NCBI GenBank assembly: GCA_051362555.1
Contig: CM120642.1
Coordinates: 31,806,001-31,870,000 of the forward strand
Source of the DNA: Lingula anatina
Lineage: Eukaryota > Animalia > Brachiopoda
Direction of reading: 5' to 3'
Length of the DNA: 64,000 bases
In this document: positions 13,185-26,205 of the stretch, piece after piece
Numbering within the stretch: the stretch's first letter is position 1
Layout of the letters: the number at the start of each line of letters is the position of its first letter
Program-made: the position numbers and the translations under genes
Notes under the pieces: model-generated
Databases searched by the model: none
Told to the model about the DNA's origin: nothing
What the model saw: the letters and a program-made list of their open reading frames with translations, nothing else

Positions 13185-15180
13185 TCATACTTCTTTCTCT
13201 GCGATAGAAACGCCGTCAATTTTCTTTCCAGTGTCGTCATTATGAGTTGTGCTAAATAATTAAAAAGAAAAACCAAATGCAATCTTGTACTTACATACAT
13301 TGTTTTTTTCATGTAAACTGCCCTGGAACCCTATTTCTTAAACTATACCCCTATACCCCTATTACTTAAACAAATAACAATCTAGTAAATTGGATGTAAA
13401 CATTAAATGGGCAAATCAATAAACTAAAGCTGTTCAATTTACCTCCCGCTGATCCAATCGTCAAAGTCCTCCACGGTTTGGCAAAGTGGTCGGTTCAGAG
13501 TTTCTGGTATCAACATGATAAGCAAACCGGCGAGGATGGACGCTGCCCCGAAGATGACAAAGGGAAACGGACCCCAGACGCTGTTAAGTAAGAGAATTTG
13601 GGGAGCAAATATACCCCCAACACGTGACATGGCCGAGGAAAAGCCGAGACTAAGGTTTCTGGAATAAAAAAGCGTCAAGCGATTATTCTTTAGCACGAAC
13701 CTAAAGGCAGAAGGACATCTTTTTATTAGATAACTACGACGTAGAGGCATTCTATTTGAATGACAACAATTAATGGACAAAGCAATGGACAATGCTACAG
13801 CGTGAGAACAGGGAAGGCTTGTAGTCTCAAAGTCACAACATTGTAGCCTAGTGATTCACTTAAGCTGAAAAGTATGTTTTATTAATGTAAGTTGAATAAT
13901 TGTCTTGTGTCAAATACGCGCATTGGTTAGTTTTAACTACAGGGTAGTATTGTCCGGTTTTGCTACCCATTTTAATTAACTCTGATGATTACTGCAGTTC
14001 AGTTCCCGGTAGTTGTCATTGCGTTCAATTACCTCATGACAGTGGGGAAGGTCTCGGCCGTGATGAGGTAGATGACGGCAAAGCTTGCTCCTATACCCAC
14101 CTTACCGATTAAGGCAAAGGCAATACTGAGCCATTCAAGATCTGAAGAACACATATATAGATGGACCAATGAAAGCAATGCAGTTAAATGCAATATGCGG
14201 TATAAGTCTACCATAGGTGTAGAAAGGTTGGTGACCTAATGGCTGGACTACAGGAAAATTACTGAAAAGAGACTTATGAAAAAATCTGGACAAAAGTTGA
14301 TCCTGAAATAGCCTTGATATTATACACCTGTATGCACGTATTTCATTAATCTTCATAGAAAAAAAGCTTATTCTTATATCTGTAGTCTTCTAATGGCCCT
14401 ATGTGTCATTTATGACACAGCTACTCGTAAAAATATTGCTTTACCTGCAGGTAGAACTCCAGACACAATGCATCCACACCCAGCAATAGTCAGCAACAGT
14501 AGTGACATCTTGCGGCGCCCTATTCTGTCCAATAGCAACAAAGCAAAAGCAAAACCCGGAAGTTCAGCGAGTCCTAGTAGGGCAAAATTGAGATAGATAT
14601 TCCCGCCTAGGCCTTGGGTGTTTAAGGCAATGCCGTAGTACACTATTGAATTGACAACCCTAAAAGAAGAGGAAGTTTCACCAGTTGTGGAAAAATACTG
14701 ATGAAGATCTTGATTTTCACCAAAATGCTAAATTCGTATTATTGGCTCGGCTCTAAATTTTAGAAAGTTAAATAAAACCATACAAAGTCCTCTTTATAAA
14801 TAATAACAATATTAATGTATACGTAAAGTACTCCTGACAAAAGTTTCCACGTGTTACTGTAAACTGCCCAATCTTACCAATTAAAGCTGATGTTCAACGT
14901 GATCTTTGCCCTATCCCAAGTCCGAAACATGTCTATTGGCGTGTGAAGTGTGGTCTGCATTTCCGACTTTTCCTCAAATAATTTCTCCAAGATTCCCTGC
15001 TCAAGTTCTACTTTGTTCACTTTGGCCACTTTGTTGATGATAACTTCTGCTTCTTGGTTTCTACCATGCGCCAAGAGCCAGCGAACCGATTCCGGGAAAA
15101 GACTAAATGGTGCAAAGTAATGAAAAATAAAAACATACAGAAGATACGATCAACACTTCACTCAATAATAATAATACTAA

Positions 15181-15211
<31 letters not shown>

Positions 15212-17122
15212 AAGAAGAAGAAAACAAAAGCTAATAAATCAATAAGATGAAAGATAAGTAACTTTATTCTCGATAGACAAAAATGGAGACTAAGTTTATT
15301 TGAAATTGCATTATATCTAATCTTTTTATATCGTAAGAACAGTTAACAAAACCAAAATGAATTGATTCAATTTTGCAGACCTGCCAAAGAAAAAAAATCG
15401 ATTGACTCAAATTAAAATCATTATGGCACTTACAAGTAATATAGACAGTACAGTAAACCAGGGAGGCTAACCGTCAGGGCAAGGTTTCGCCAATCCCGAA
15501 CAAAATATGCGTACAGGGAGAGTACGCAGTATCCCATGCTAAAAGTTGCCATATTGCCAAATCCTGCTAGTTTTCTTTTACTTTTGCCAACAAATTCCAT
15601 TCCTAAAGAATCAAAACAAAAGATGAATGAGACAGTTTGGAGGTCTGAAGCGTCCCTGCATATCATTGTTTAAACATTATTTCGGTATGATCTTAGTCAA
15701 AATAAAATGTTCATGTAGTATGGTTGTTCTGAGCTTTGATTTTAATACTATTAACTTGTAAAACATTTAGATAAATGTTGGTGATATTGAGTAAACGCAA
15801 TACTGAATCATTACCATTCTGAATAGTGAACTAATTCGTTACTACTAAGATGATCTTCAAATATCATATTTCCTACGTTACGCACCTATTGTGTAAGATG
15901 TCAAAAATACAGATCCCTCAAAGATCCCTTGAATGCCATAAATGACCGTGTATACGAAGATGTTCGGGGACAACATAACCAAGGTCCCGGACAAGGTTTG
16001 AAGACAGACAGAGAACAGGAAAGTAGGCCTCCTCCCAAACCTGGAAATATATGATTAAATGAACCCCTATTGGATACTAGTTTCTTTAAGGTAATTCTTG
16101 CACGACGCACACCATAATAACATGCTGTGATTGACCTCTCAGAGAACATGATATGTATTGCAGATAACCAATTGTTTTAAACACTGTACGTACCAAACTA
16201 AACTGTGTCCAGGACTCTGTGACCAAATTTTACCGAACTAAAGAGCACCATTAGCGCTTACCTGTCAGATATGATCCCAGAGAGAATGGCACCGGCAAGT
16301 TTTCCCACGAAGAATATCGACTTGCACGTGCTTAGAAACACTTTATTCTCACATGTTAAGTCAAACTGAAAAGAAAAACATACTATACTGTAGTCACTTA
16401 AGAAAACACCACTCCAGTAGTAAAAACAGCAATACTTAAACGTCCTTTGGAAATCTCAGAATAAAAATTCATTTAATGTTATAACATCCAATTCATATTT
16501 TATGTAATAATAAAAAATTAATAAAAGTTTGTGTTGATGCAGTACCGTTTAATTGCAAGAGCTTTAAAATGCTAATCATAACACTGAATATTGCACAACG
16601 AGGACCGCGTTTTGACGGTGACACCGTCATGGCCATTTTCTTTTTTCCTCTTATACTTACATCCGACACAATGGTTGCTGTGAATACCTCTTGGCTGTAA
16701 ACTCGTCCTTCGGGACAGGCTACTTCACTCGTATTTCCCTTCACCAATCCTAGAGTTACATTACTTTCATCCTTAGTAGCATTATTAACAAAGTGAGCAC
16801 CACTTCCGACTTCTAGATTTTCAGTCCACTTCTCGTAGTCATATATGTTGCAACTACTTCGGTGAAGTGTCCCATCATCGTCTTGTATCCACGGTATTGT
16901 AAGGTTTAACAATTCGTCCTGTGTCACATTGCCATAGTTCAGGTTCAGGTAGTCAACGTAAGCGTCTGGTACCTTGCAGTGATGTTCCGGTACGGCGCCG
17001 TAGAAAACGATGCTTAACGTCTGCAGGGTAGTCGATATCGTAACCAGGCAAATTAAAAGGTACTGGCGTTTCTGGTAGGACCCAAACTCTCCAAGTATCA
17101 CAAGAAGATCGTCGTAATGCAT
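13185..17122 (-). CDS. SLC22-family organic ion transporter, paralogue 3 (573 aa, 9 coding exons)
   Basis: Minus-strand exons 17122-16661, 16365-16262, 16040-15886, 15602-15434, 15102-14878, 14659-14445, 14141-14033, 13658-13443, 13251-13185; 1722 nt, in frame. Internal exon sizes are identical to paralogue 2. Confidence 0.95.
15181..15221. repeat. (AAG)n microsatellite in an SLC22 intron
   Basis: About 13 perfect AAG units. Confidence 0.95.
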
Positions 17123-20100
17123 TGTCTTTTGTCACCTAAGCCTGCGTAGAGACAACGATGCTGGAAGAGTCAAATAAGTAAATACTGGATGGTGCGGTTA
17201 AGGTCATGGGCAGTGTATACTATGGCTGAAAACAAACCCATTAGTGCAGCTTCCTAATGACTTGTGGCCAGGTGTTATGTGAATATTTTAACTAAAAAAC
17301 GCCAAATGTTCTTGGATGAATATACTTTGAGGAAAACAAGCAAAAATAGCCGAAATTATGGGTGAAATGTGGGCAGCTGATGATGTCAGAGGGGCAGTAT
17401 TCATTTACTGTCTAAAGAGAAAAGCTTGTTGAATCTTCCAGAAAGGAACATGAACAGGAACCCCGTATGATTGAAAATGATGAAATAATAACAACGTGTG
17501 AACCTCTTGAAAGTGCTCTTGAAGGTTTCTCTGGAACATTAATTTTATACATTTCTCCTTATTATTGCGATTAAAAATAATTCTGTGTTTGGACCGACTG
17601 ACGGAAAGCCATAACGCTTTTAGTCACGATTAGGCCCACATGTATATGTACAGTTTCTTTCCATTAAGCACGTTCTTGTACGTCTGAGTAAATGACTGCT
17701 TAGAAGACGTGTAATATGTATATAAACACTTTTAAAATTGCGTATCAGATTTGTTGATATAACCTTAAAATCAGTCAAAACAAGCATTACGAAAACATCT
17801 ACCAAATATCAATAAAACAGTAACAGTAACAAAGCCGAATTGCCACCATATCTTTCTGTTACATAAGATACCCTTAGCTTTCAAACATGGACTTTACTAT
17901 AGAAAGTGTTTAAAATGACCAGGTTTCTTATAAGTGTTTTCGTTCTGTTGTTTAATACCTATACCCAAGAAGTGAGACAAGTGGTATTTCGGAGACACCA
18001 CTTTAACGTCTCTTATCCGGAATCAGCTTATTAATGCAGCAATAAAAGTAATGCATATTTTCACGCTCCACATGTACAAGGGTGAACGTAGTTACTGTAA
18101 CAGGGTCAAAAGGTGAGCATTTCTGTTATGGAAGTGCTTACATTTTGTGCAATATTTGCATAACTGTTTAATATCATTTTATTTCTGTTGGTTAATTTCT
18201 TGGTTGGAGAGTTCTTAAGTGCAAAACAGCGAAAAGAACAGAGCGAGTCAGAATTATGCAAAAAGTGCGCGAAATGTTTGTGCGTAACTGATGGTTTCGT
18301 GGAATGACCTAACAACTATCTCAAAATCCCCCTTCCCCCTCAGCAATGTTGAAAAGCTGCTACCCACTAAGTTCTGAACAGGTTACATATATAAGCGCAC
18401 ATGTAGCTCAGTGCAGTGTTAGTAGTGTAGTGTTAAAACTAAACTATCAACCATCGCTATGATCTTTTCAATATTTCCCTTGACATGGACACCAAAGTGG
18501 GGAAGTTAATTCAGCACCTAGATCCACGCCATATGCATGTCACACATTTTAGTGACCATCATTTTAAATTCAAGTGTTTTGCAAACGATCAGGATATAAA
18601 TAACAGTGTATCATGTCATTACCTACCATATGGCTTACCTTTGTGTACATATAGTCATAGCAACATATGCATGAAATCGTAGTCTTAGAGAATTTACTGC
18701 CAATAAAAAGAAAAATATCGCGATACGTATGTTCTTTAATCTTTGCAGCAATGTTCTTTGGTCGCCATTTAAGGAATGTAAATGTAAATACTTTGTTTAA
18801 AACAGTATCTAGTTAGAATGGCTAATATTTTTGATTTTTTACAAACAGAAAACGTGTTAAATACATAAGCTCCCTTAGATAAAATGATCTAACACTTACG
18901 TCATTTGCTCTTTCTAATATGGATAACTCGCTACGGTCTCTCTAAAATAAAGACGAGGATGATTTTCACATCAAACATATACTATCATAAGCTACAGGGG
19001 GTACCAAAGTATTGTGCCATTTGTATGAATAGTGTTCTTGGTGATGGGTCTTTGCTTAAAAGTTTGCGGTTTATTTTTCTCCTAACACGTGGTTAGCTTT
19101 CTTCAATGCACTCTGTAAAAGACCTTGGGTCAAGTATTATGAAGGACGTTTTAGTCTATAAGGTGTCCCTCTATATCGTTTCTAACCATTTGTGAGTGTA
19201 ATTTCTGTTTATAGGTTTTGCTTAAAGAAGTATAAATTAATGAAAATTGAAGGCAGTTAACCGCACTAAGTGTGCCAAATGTATTTTAGTCGTTGACTTG
19301 GCGTTTTTGAAGGGACTACCTTGGTTGCTTGGCAGTATTCACTATGACAGTAACGGTCAAGGTCATAAAGAGGCGGCTGGCCAACTTACCACGTTGATAG
19401 AAAAAATGTTCAAACTATGTCATATTATCAAGGAATATAAATTTGACGGACACACAAATAATTGCTTTGTGGATAAATTACCTAAACACCAATCTAAACG
19501 ACATTTATAATTGTGTTGTATAAAGAGCAGTTAGACAGCCGGTTAGGTAAATAGCGTTTAAACAGTTTAACCGGCGTCAAAGTGCTACCATGGTGAAGAC
19601 ATGAAAGATCTCAATACAACAACGCCAAGAGATTGTTTCTATAAATTCTAAAAATGAGGGCACTAGCTCCTTGTACAAATAGCAGCAGACGAATATACTG
19701 TACGTGTGACATATACTACAAATACCACTTAACAGTGCTGACTGTATTCCCGTAATAGTAAAATGAATTGACAAATATGGACCGCTAAACTATACAAGAA
19801 CTTTCGGAAATGGAAAATGGACAGGTTACTACTAAAAATTGTGTGCACTTTTTTAAAAGTATAACTCGGAAGCCTTCAACCAAGACGTAGAAAAATATAT
19901 TGAGCTAAATTGCTGTGCCGTTGACCGTTAATGCACATTTAAATGATGTTCATGTTAGACCATATGACTTGAAATGTCTTAGAGAATTTACTGCCAATAA
20001 AAGAAGCCGTTTACATACCATTTGGAAGGATTTATGAATTACCGATATAAAACTATAATAAGTAAAAGCTAGAATTATTAATTTACAACTGTATGAATAA

Positions 20101-20163
20101 ATTGATTAATTTACTTTAAACTCTTTCGATAAAATTCCAAAATACACTGTAGTACTAACTTAC

Positions 20164-20250
20164 CTTGCAGACGTTCGTGCGCGTGATGGAGTCAGTGCGT
20201 AGTTTCTGCAGTGGATAAAGTGCATCGTTACGTCTGCGTCTTAAATAGAA
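20164..20250 (-). promoter_or_regulatory. Putative promoter and non-coding first exon of SLC22 paralogue 3
   Basis: Minus strand: TATTTAAG (~20247-20240), then a GC-richer stretch ending in a consensus donor AAG|GTAAGT at 20164/20163. A matching acceptor (CTTCCAG) lies at 17161, about 40 nt before the ATG. Confidence 0.5.
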
Positions 20251-21654
20251 GAAAGGGTGCGTTGGTCTCACCCGGACCTCCGTATTTTGTTACAGGTTTA
20301 TCGCTAAATGTAACAAAATATTCACTGCGGTATCTATGACTGTATTATACACTTTAAAATCATTGTTTGGTAGGCGTTTCAATAAAACGATTTCCACGTT
20401 GTCCATCATTTATTAAAATATCCAATTTAGTCGTCTAGTTGCTCCCTTTCTTAACTCCAGTTTCAAACAAAAGACATCATCATATCTTGTCTCTCTTTAT
20501 TCTACAAGTGCACTAGCTCCAACATCAATTTTTCTTTAAACAGCATAACATTAAAATTTTTCTTTATTTGGCATAATTAAGCTACACAGGTATAACATAG
20601 TACTGATGCTCGAAAAGCATTACCTAAAATAACCATCGAGGAAAGATGTGATGAAAATACATCAGCTGTTAACTGGCTAATACACATACCGAACTTTATG
20701 GTAGAGGTATGATTCTAGCTAAGCTGAGGTAATACATGACCTGATCTTAGGGCTTGTCTCAAGGAGTTAGCGCACATGTCTGATGTTGCCGTCAATGTTG
20801 TTATGAAAATGGGAAGAACTTTTGTTCGTCTGGTAAGCACCGAAAAGTAGTATCCGAATACAAAAAGAAACGATGATAACAATAGTTGCGGAGAGTTGTC
20901 TATCCTGAAAGTTGATATTTGCCATTGGATAGAATATATTCATATAGGCAATTATAATGGGCACTACAGGTACGCGGTGCAGCTAAAGTGGCGTTGCTAC
21001 ATTGAAATATAAGGCCTAGGTAATTGGTGTTCACATAGAAATCTTACACAAGACAAATTCACGCCAAATATGTCGTACTTCTCCGTGAAATTGGGTGTGC
21101 TGGGGTCTCATCCTTTACTGAAACTATAATATTCTGGAAAATCTATATAACTCGTTATTTAATAGAAAACTAGAGAAAAACCAAATGCATACACGGTTTA
21201 CATGGTGATTGAACCCCCAAAGCACGTTGAATATAGGTAGGTAGGTAGTTCTGACATTTATACACACTACACTTTTTTGTGTGAAAGTTCGCTCAATCAG
21301 ACCTCATAAACAAAATTGTTATTCTAGATCTCAAACCGTCGATTTGTGATCGCGAACGCCGAATTGACGACCCGGACCACGATTTCATGGTGCGAAATTA
21401 TAGATACGTGACTCGACCTGCTCAATATACGTACATGAGCAGTTCCTTTTTTAAAACCTGTAAATGGACAATTTAATCGGTGCATTCGATTCAGTAGCTC
21501 GAAACCGGGGTCATATTTTATGGGAACATTTGGGACGAAGAAAGTCAAGATATGTGTCTATTCCGTGCACCTATAATTAATAGTGCACATTTTGTCTTTT
21601 TTGACTGTTAAAATATAAATATAAAGAACAAATGTCGTACTATAGTAGGCCTAT

Positions 21655-21822
21655 CCGGGGGTGGACTGAGGCCGTCTTCTGGGTCTTACGGGAGACGGTC
21701 AGATTTTCAAGTTTACATTGACGGGTATCTATTTTTTCTGTCGGAAGACGGTCAAAAATGGAGGATGGATCAACAAAGATAACTTGGAAGACTGTCAGAA
21801 AATATCTCTGGATCTGCCCCTG
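21655..21822. mobile_element. MITE family, copy 1 (copy 2 at 61405-61571)
   Basis: ~165 bp close match to 61405-61571. TIR of the type CAGGGGCGGAT...ATC(T/C)GCCCCTG. Confidence 0.8.
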
Positions 21823-23408
21823 AATAAGATTAACTTGAAAGGGATGGGCACCAATAAAAGCCCTTTTTATACCTCCCACTCAAAAAACCCGCAGGTTGGG
21901 AGTTGATTTCCGTCGGTTTAGCCATGGATCCTGGGGCCGCTGTCATAAAGTGTTGATGGAATTTAAGATGGACTGCATTGGATTTTATATATATAAAAAA
22001 AAGAATCATTTCGTTTTACCTACGTTTGTCTGTCATATATGATAGGTAGCAGAGTAAACGTATATGATGCCGTTTGTTTGCAAATGTCGCCCATGAAATG
22101 TGGGCTTTTGGATTGTTTTTGTAGTGTTGGTGTTCTGATTGCACCGAACTCATCTCAACTAATGCAATTCGTATCAAATACAATGCTGTAATTTGCAATT
22201 ACCAAACATGGAAGACTGTTGAACTGAATTTTTGAAAGGGAGACTTCGTTTTTGCCGAATGCAAACAAATGGTCTGTCATCGTAACCACAATTAAAATTC
22301 ATGAGGTTAGATATTATATGCTTGTATTGATATTCAAATGTTAAATAATTTCTCGAGGTTGGTGGATGTTTCCAAGAGCAAAGCAGAGTTCATAGACTTA
22401 CTTTCATCATTGGATCCACTAAGAAACCATTATATCGTAAGACTAGCAAAGTATTCTGTGTGATAGAAAAAAAAAATCGTGCTGCATCTAACATCATAAT
22501 CTGAAGTCACATCTACTTGATTGTACATGTATACACACATATTATACAAAATGCCTATGTAAAAAGCTTACAAAATTATAAGAAAAAAGTAATTTCTCTT
22601 CAATCAACGTAATATTGAAATGGTTAACCTCCAATATGTCTCTGACTAACATAATCATATTTTGAAACAGTTTTTATTATAATGATTATCTTTTACACAC
22701 CGCTGTATTACATATTAGATCAAGTTCACCAGTGTGCAGTTGTTGTATAAACATGTCCAGATCATTTATGTTAACATACTGTGGGGTCTTCAATTAACGG
22801 TAGTGTAGTATATAAAATCTAAGCTGTCCCATGTCCAATTACCGTCTTTGTTAAAGCTGACTTTCAATCAATGTCAGTTTCCTTCACATCGCTCGAGCAA
22901 ACTTGGTTTTAGTTATAGTTTCATCAATATGTGTATTTACCTAGGTACCGTGCTTCCTTGGGACCGAAGTACTCCGTACAAATGCACCCATTGTATCATT
23001 ATATTCTATATGTCAATTTACATATTTTCCAAATGGAAAGCATTGCAATTTGTCATTCAGTCGACCTGACTGCTCTTTGCCAGAGTCCCATCACAGTTGG
23101 GTCGATCCACACAGACCGATGGTTTCAGTGGGAATGGGGCCTTAAATTGCGAGTTTCTCCCTTGTTCTGTGACTATACTTGCAATGCAATTTTATCCTGG
23201 TCATTGGCTTGTAAGATAATACTGTGTTGTTAAACTATCAATTAAGTGCTGTTACAGTTATCCTGATCTGATCAATCGTTCGAATTGTTCCTTCCTTCTT
23301 TTCGTCTGACTAAAACAAAACCATTGATCCAGAATTATGGTGTTTGCAGTGATAATGAAGAAAGTGATTTAAAAAACCTTTTCTCACTGAATTTAATCAC
23401 TCTACGGA

Positions 23409-25368
23409 ATGACTTCGAAAACGTCCCTGTGTTTTGAGATTTTACTTGTTTTTGTCCGTGTATACACGGCCTCTACTTCGCGCCAAGAAGAAATCGGATT
23501 ATTCGCGATTGAAGAGAGATTTCGTCAAGACGGTTCTTCGTTGGGTACAGTAAAACTTCGCTCCCTCTCAGAGTGCGGTTCTAGATGTTTGGTCACCGCA
23601 GGGTGCTTGGCGGCCAATTATGAAAGTTCTTTAAGGGACTGCGAATTACTCAGTAACATCACTGGACAAGGAGAAGTCGCCGGGGTCAACTCTGCATGGA
23701 CATCGCTAGGTCTGTATATACTGGCGCAGTTTTCAGCGTGCACATTTGGTTTTTTTATTTGGGGGGGGGGGTAAATATCTTTTATCGACCGCTGAACATT
23801 TATTTTGTTCTGTTTCATTTCATTTATTTACTTTTATCTTATACTATAAAACATTTTTATTTATTCCAATACAGCTTTTTCTTTGGACAGATATTCTAAT
23901 CATTTTGAAATTATTTGTAGTCAATTAGGCGGCCATGAAGATTGGTATGTTATAAATGAAATTTGTTTCATTTTTTAAATAAGTCCCGTTTCCCTCATTA
24001 TATTTATTTCAAATGATGTTTAATTTAAAACAGTGCTTGAGGACTCTTCTAAGGCAATGGGCCCTTACGGTGGCTCCTCGGGAGATTGGTTCAGTGATTT
24101 TGGATCATCTCTGTATGGCCCCATTTCAAGTATTTTAATACGGCACGGAGGTATAATCGACGGGTAAGTGACCATTATGGGTGACTCATGAACAGCAGCC
24201 GTTATATGTTGCATAAGAACTTGTCCCATGAAAATTGCAGCGTTTTTACAAAAACATTTCTTCATTTTTCTCTTTATTCTTCTCTTAGACACCATGGTCA
24301 ACTTTGCATTATCCGCTCCTACAAAACATTAAATTTGGATGCATTCATTTGTGTATTGGTTAATTATTCATTGGGTCAGACCTAGCTTACCTTACCATTA
24401 GTATCACCATACCTATATGTATTATAAATCACATCAGTAAACAACATGTTTCAGAATCCAGTTCATCTATGGCGACAATACGGAAGGGACCTTCGCTGGA
24501 GGACAAGGGGGAAATGCTGAAACATTGGTATTAAACACGGACGAGTACATACACAAGTAAGCACTGTGCTTTAACATTAAGAGAGTCGCAATTATAAGCA
24601 CTCTGCTGTTACATATTTAGATTAAGAATAATTACATTTTATGTGCATATGAACGATCATACTTTCGACGTTAGAAAACTCAATTAACTTCCTGGTTTAA
24701 GCAAGGTCCTTTAAGGACCATAAATCATAACTGCAGCGCTTACCATAAAATACCAAACAATGGTTAGTTATGGACATATCGGTTTGCATACATGCAAAAA
24801 TTGCACATGACGACGATTTACAGCCTGGCGTGATTTTTCCCCGTGACGTTCTTTGTCGCGCTGTCGGTGGACCGAAATTAAGCACAATTGTGCACCTTCA
24901 AGCTTCGTGACACGTTTACATATCATATACCCCGTATTTCTACAAGTATTCTCTGCTCAAAATGCCGAATGACAAAGATATTATCTTATCATGCCGTCAG
25001 ATAATCCGCTTCAACTTAGCACTCGCGTCTCTACTCCCGTCTGCTTGACCAAGCAGCTTCACGTCTTACACCACTCGACGTCATATGACGCGCACTTCCA
25101 GTATAATCCTTTCTTCTCCGGTACCCTTCATTGCCAAATATGGTTGTATTCTTTTTTTCTTTAAACCAGGATTCGCATCGGTATGGATCAAGGGTCAGAG
25201 TATGTTGGTCAGCTGTACTTCACCACGAACAAACACACCTACGGTCCATATGGAATGCAGAACACGACATTGTGGGACGTGGAGCACGGAGGGCAACCCC
25301 TGATGTACGTGTCTGGAAGATACAGCAGTTATCTGAACGCCTTGACATTTCACTGGAAAGACTTGTAG
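23409..25368 (+). CDS. Secreted PAN/Apple domain + jacalin-like (beta-prism I) lectin A, 243 aa
   Basis: Exons 23409-23709, 24034-24163, 24455-24556, 25170-25368; 732 nt, in frame. Hydrophobic N-terminus. PAN core ECGSRC-x5-C-x11-C. Jacalin signatures GPYGGSSG, GGIIDGIQF, GGQGG, EYIHKI, LYFTTNKHTYGPYG, SGRYSSYLNALTFHW. Confidence 0.88.
24705..25130. repeat. Interspersed repeat, copy 2 (in lectin A intron 3; absent from lectin B)
   Basis: Collinear with 4030-4390. Confidence 0.8.
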
Positions 25369-26205
25369 GCTCCCATATTGGCTTGTCTTATTCATCGTCA
25401 TGACTAACCTACGTACTCAACGTACTTTCGGCTTGGGAGATCAACCCCCGATTGTTTAGCCATGGATAGAGCAACCGTTATGTCAACGTGTTGGTCAAAT
25501 AAACGATGGACTGCTACTTATTCAGTCAAACATAACCATTCCTTATTGTCTCCGTTTATTTGTCATAACACGTATATTCCTGATAATTATATGGGCTAGG
25601 CGTTGAAGTGATAATACACGTACACTGTACAATCTGTACCAAATGTCGTTGCTTTGTAAAGTCGCCTGTGAAATGTGAGATTGTTTTAGCAGTGTTTATT
25701 TTCTGGGTGCGCCGAACGCATCTCGCCTACTGCAATTCATTTCAAATACAATTTCGTGACAATGAGAAGCATACACAGGTCCATTTCCAATTTGCTACTT
25801 TTATTTAATGTCAGCTTCCTTCACATCAGCAATCTTACTTTTAGTTAATTAAATCAATATGGGTGTATACATTAACTAGATGGGTTCCATTTCTCTTGCT
25901 CAAAAAGTGTTTTTTTTTTCGTATTACACTAATACTAAAATATGCATTTGATATAAAAGAAATGGAAAAATCTATTTTGTGAAATAAAACCTTACATAAA
26001 ATATCGAACCGCCTTAAGACTCTCCACTTATGTTACCTTGTCCCCAATTAAGAATTCTGCTTTTGAGTCTATTTGCAATCTTCTACCATTCTTCCAGTGC
26101 AACTGTTTCCTGGATTAATCGAAAACATTGATCCAAACAAGTGGCATTTGCAGTAGAGCCATTATGAAAAATTAAAATTTTCCCTGAAAGTAGACACTAG
26201 ACAGA

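Noticed and set aside
13185-13187. Selenocysteine recoding of the in-frame TGA codons in the SLC22 tails
   Set aside because: The aligned residue is Arg, not Cys; no SECIS was recognised; SLC22s are not known selenoproteins.
15054-15245. Poly-Arg ORF
   Set aside because: Translation of an intronic (AAG)n microsatellite on the strand opposite the SLC22 gene.
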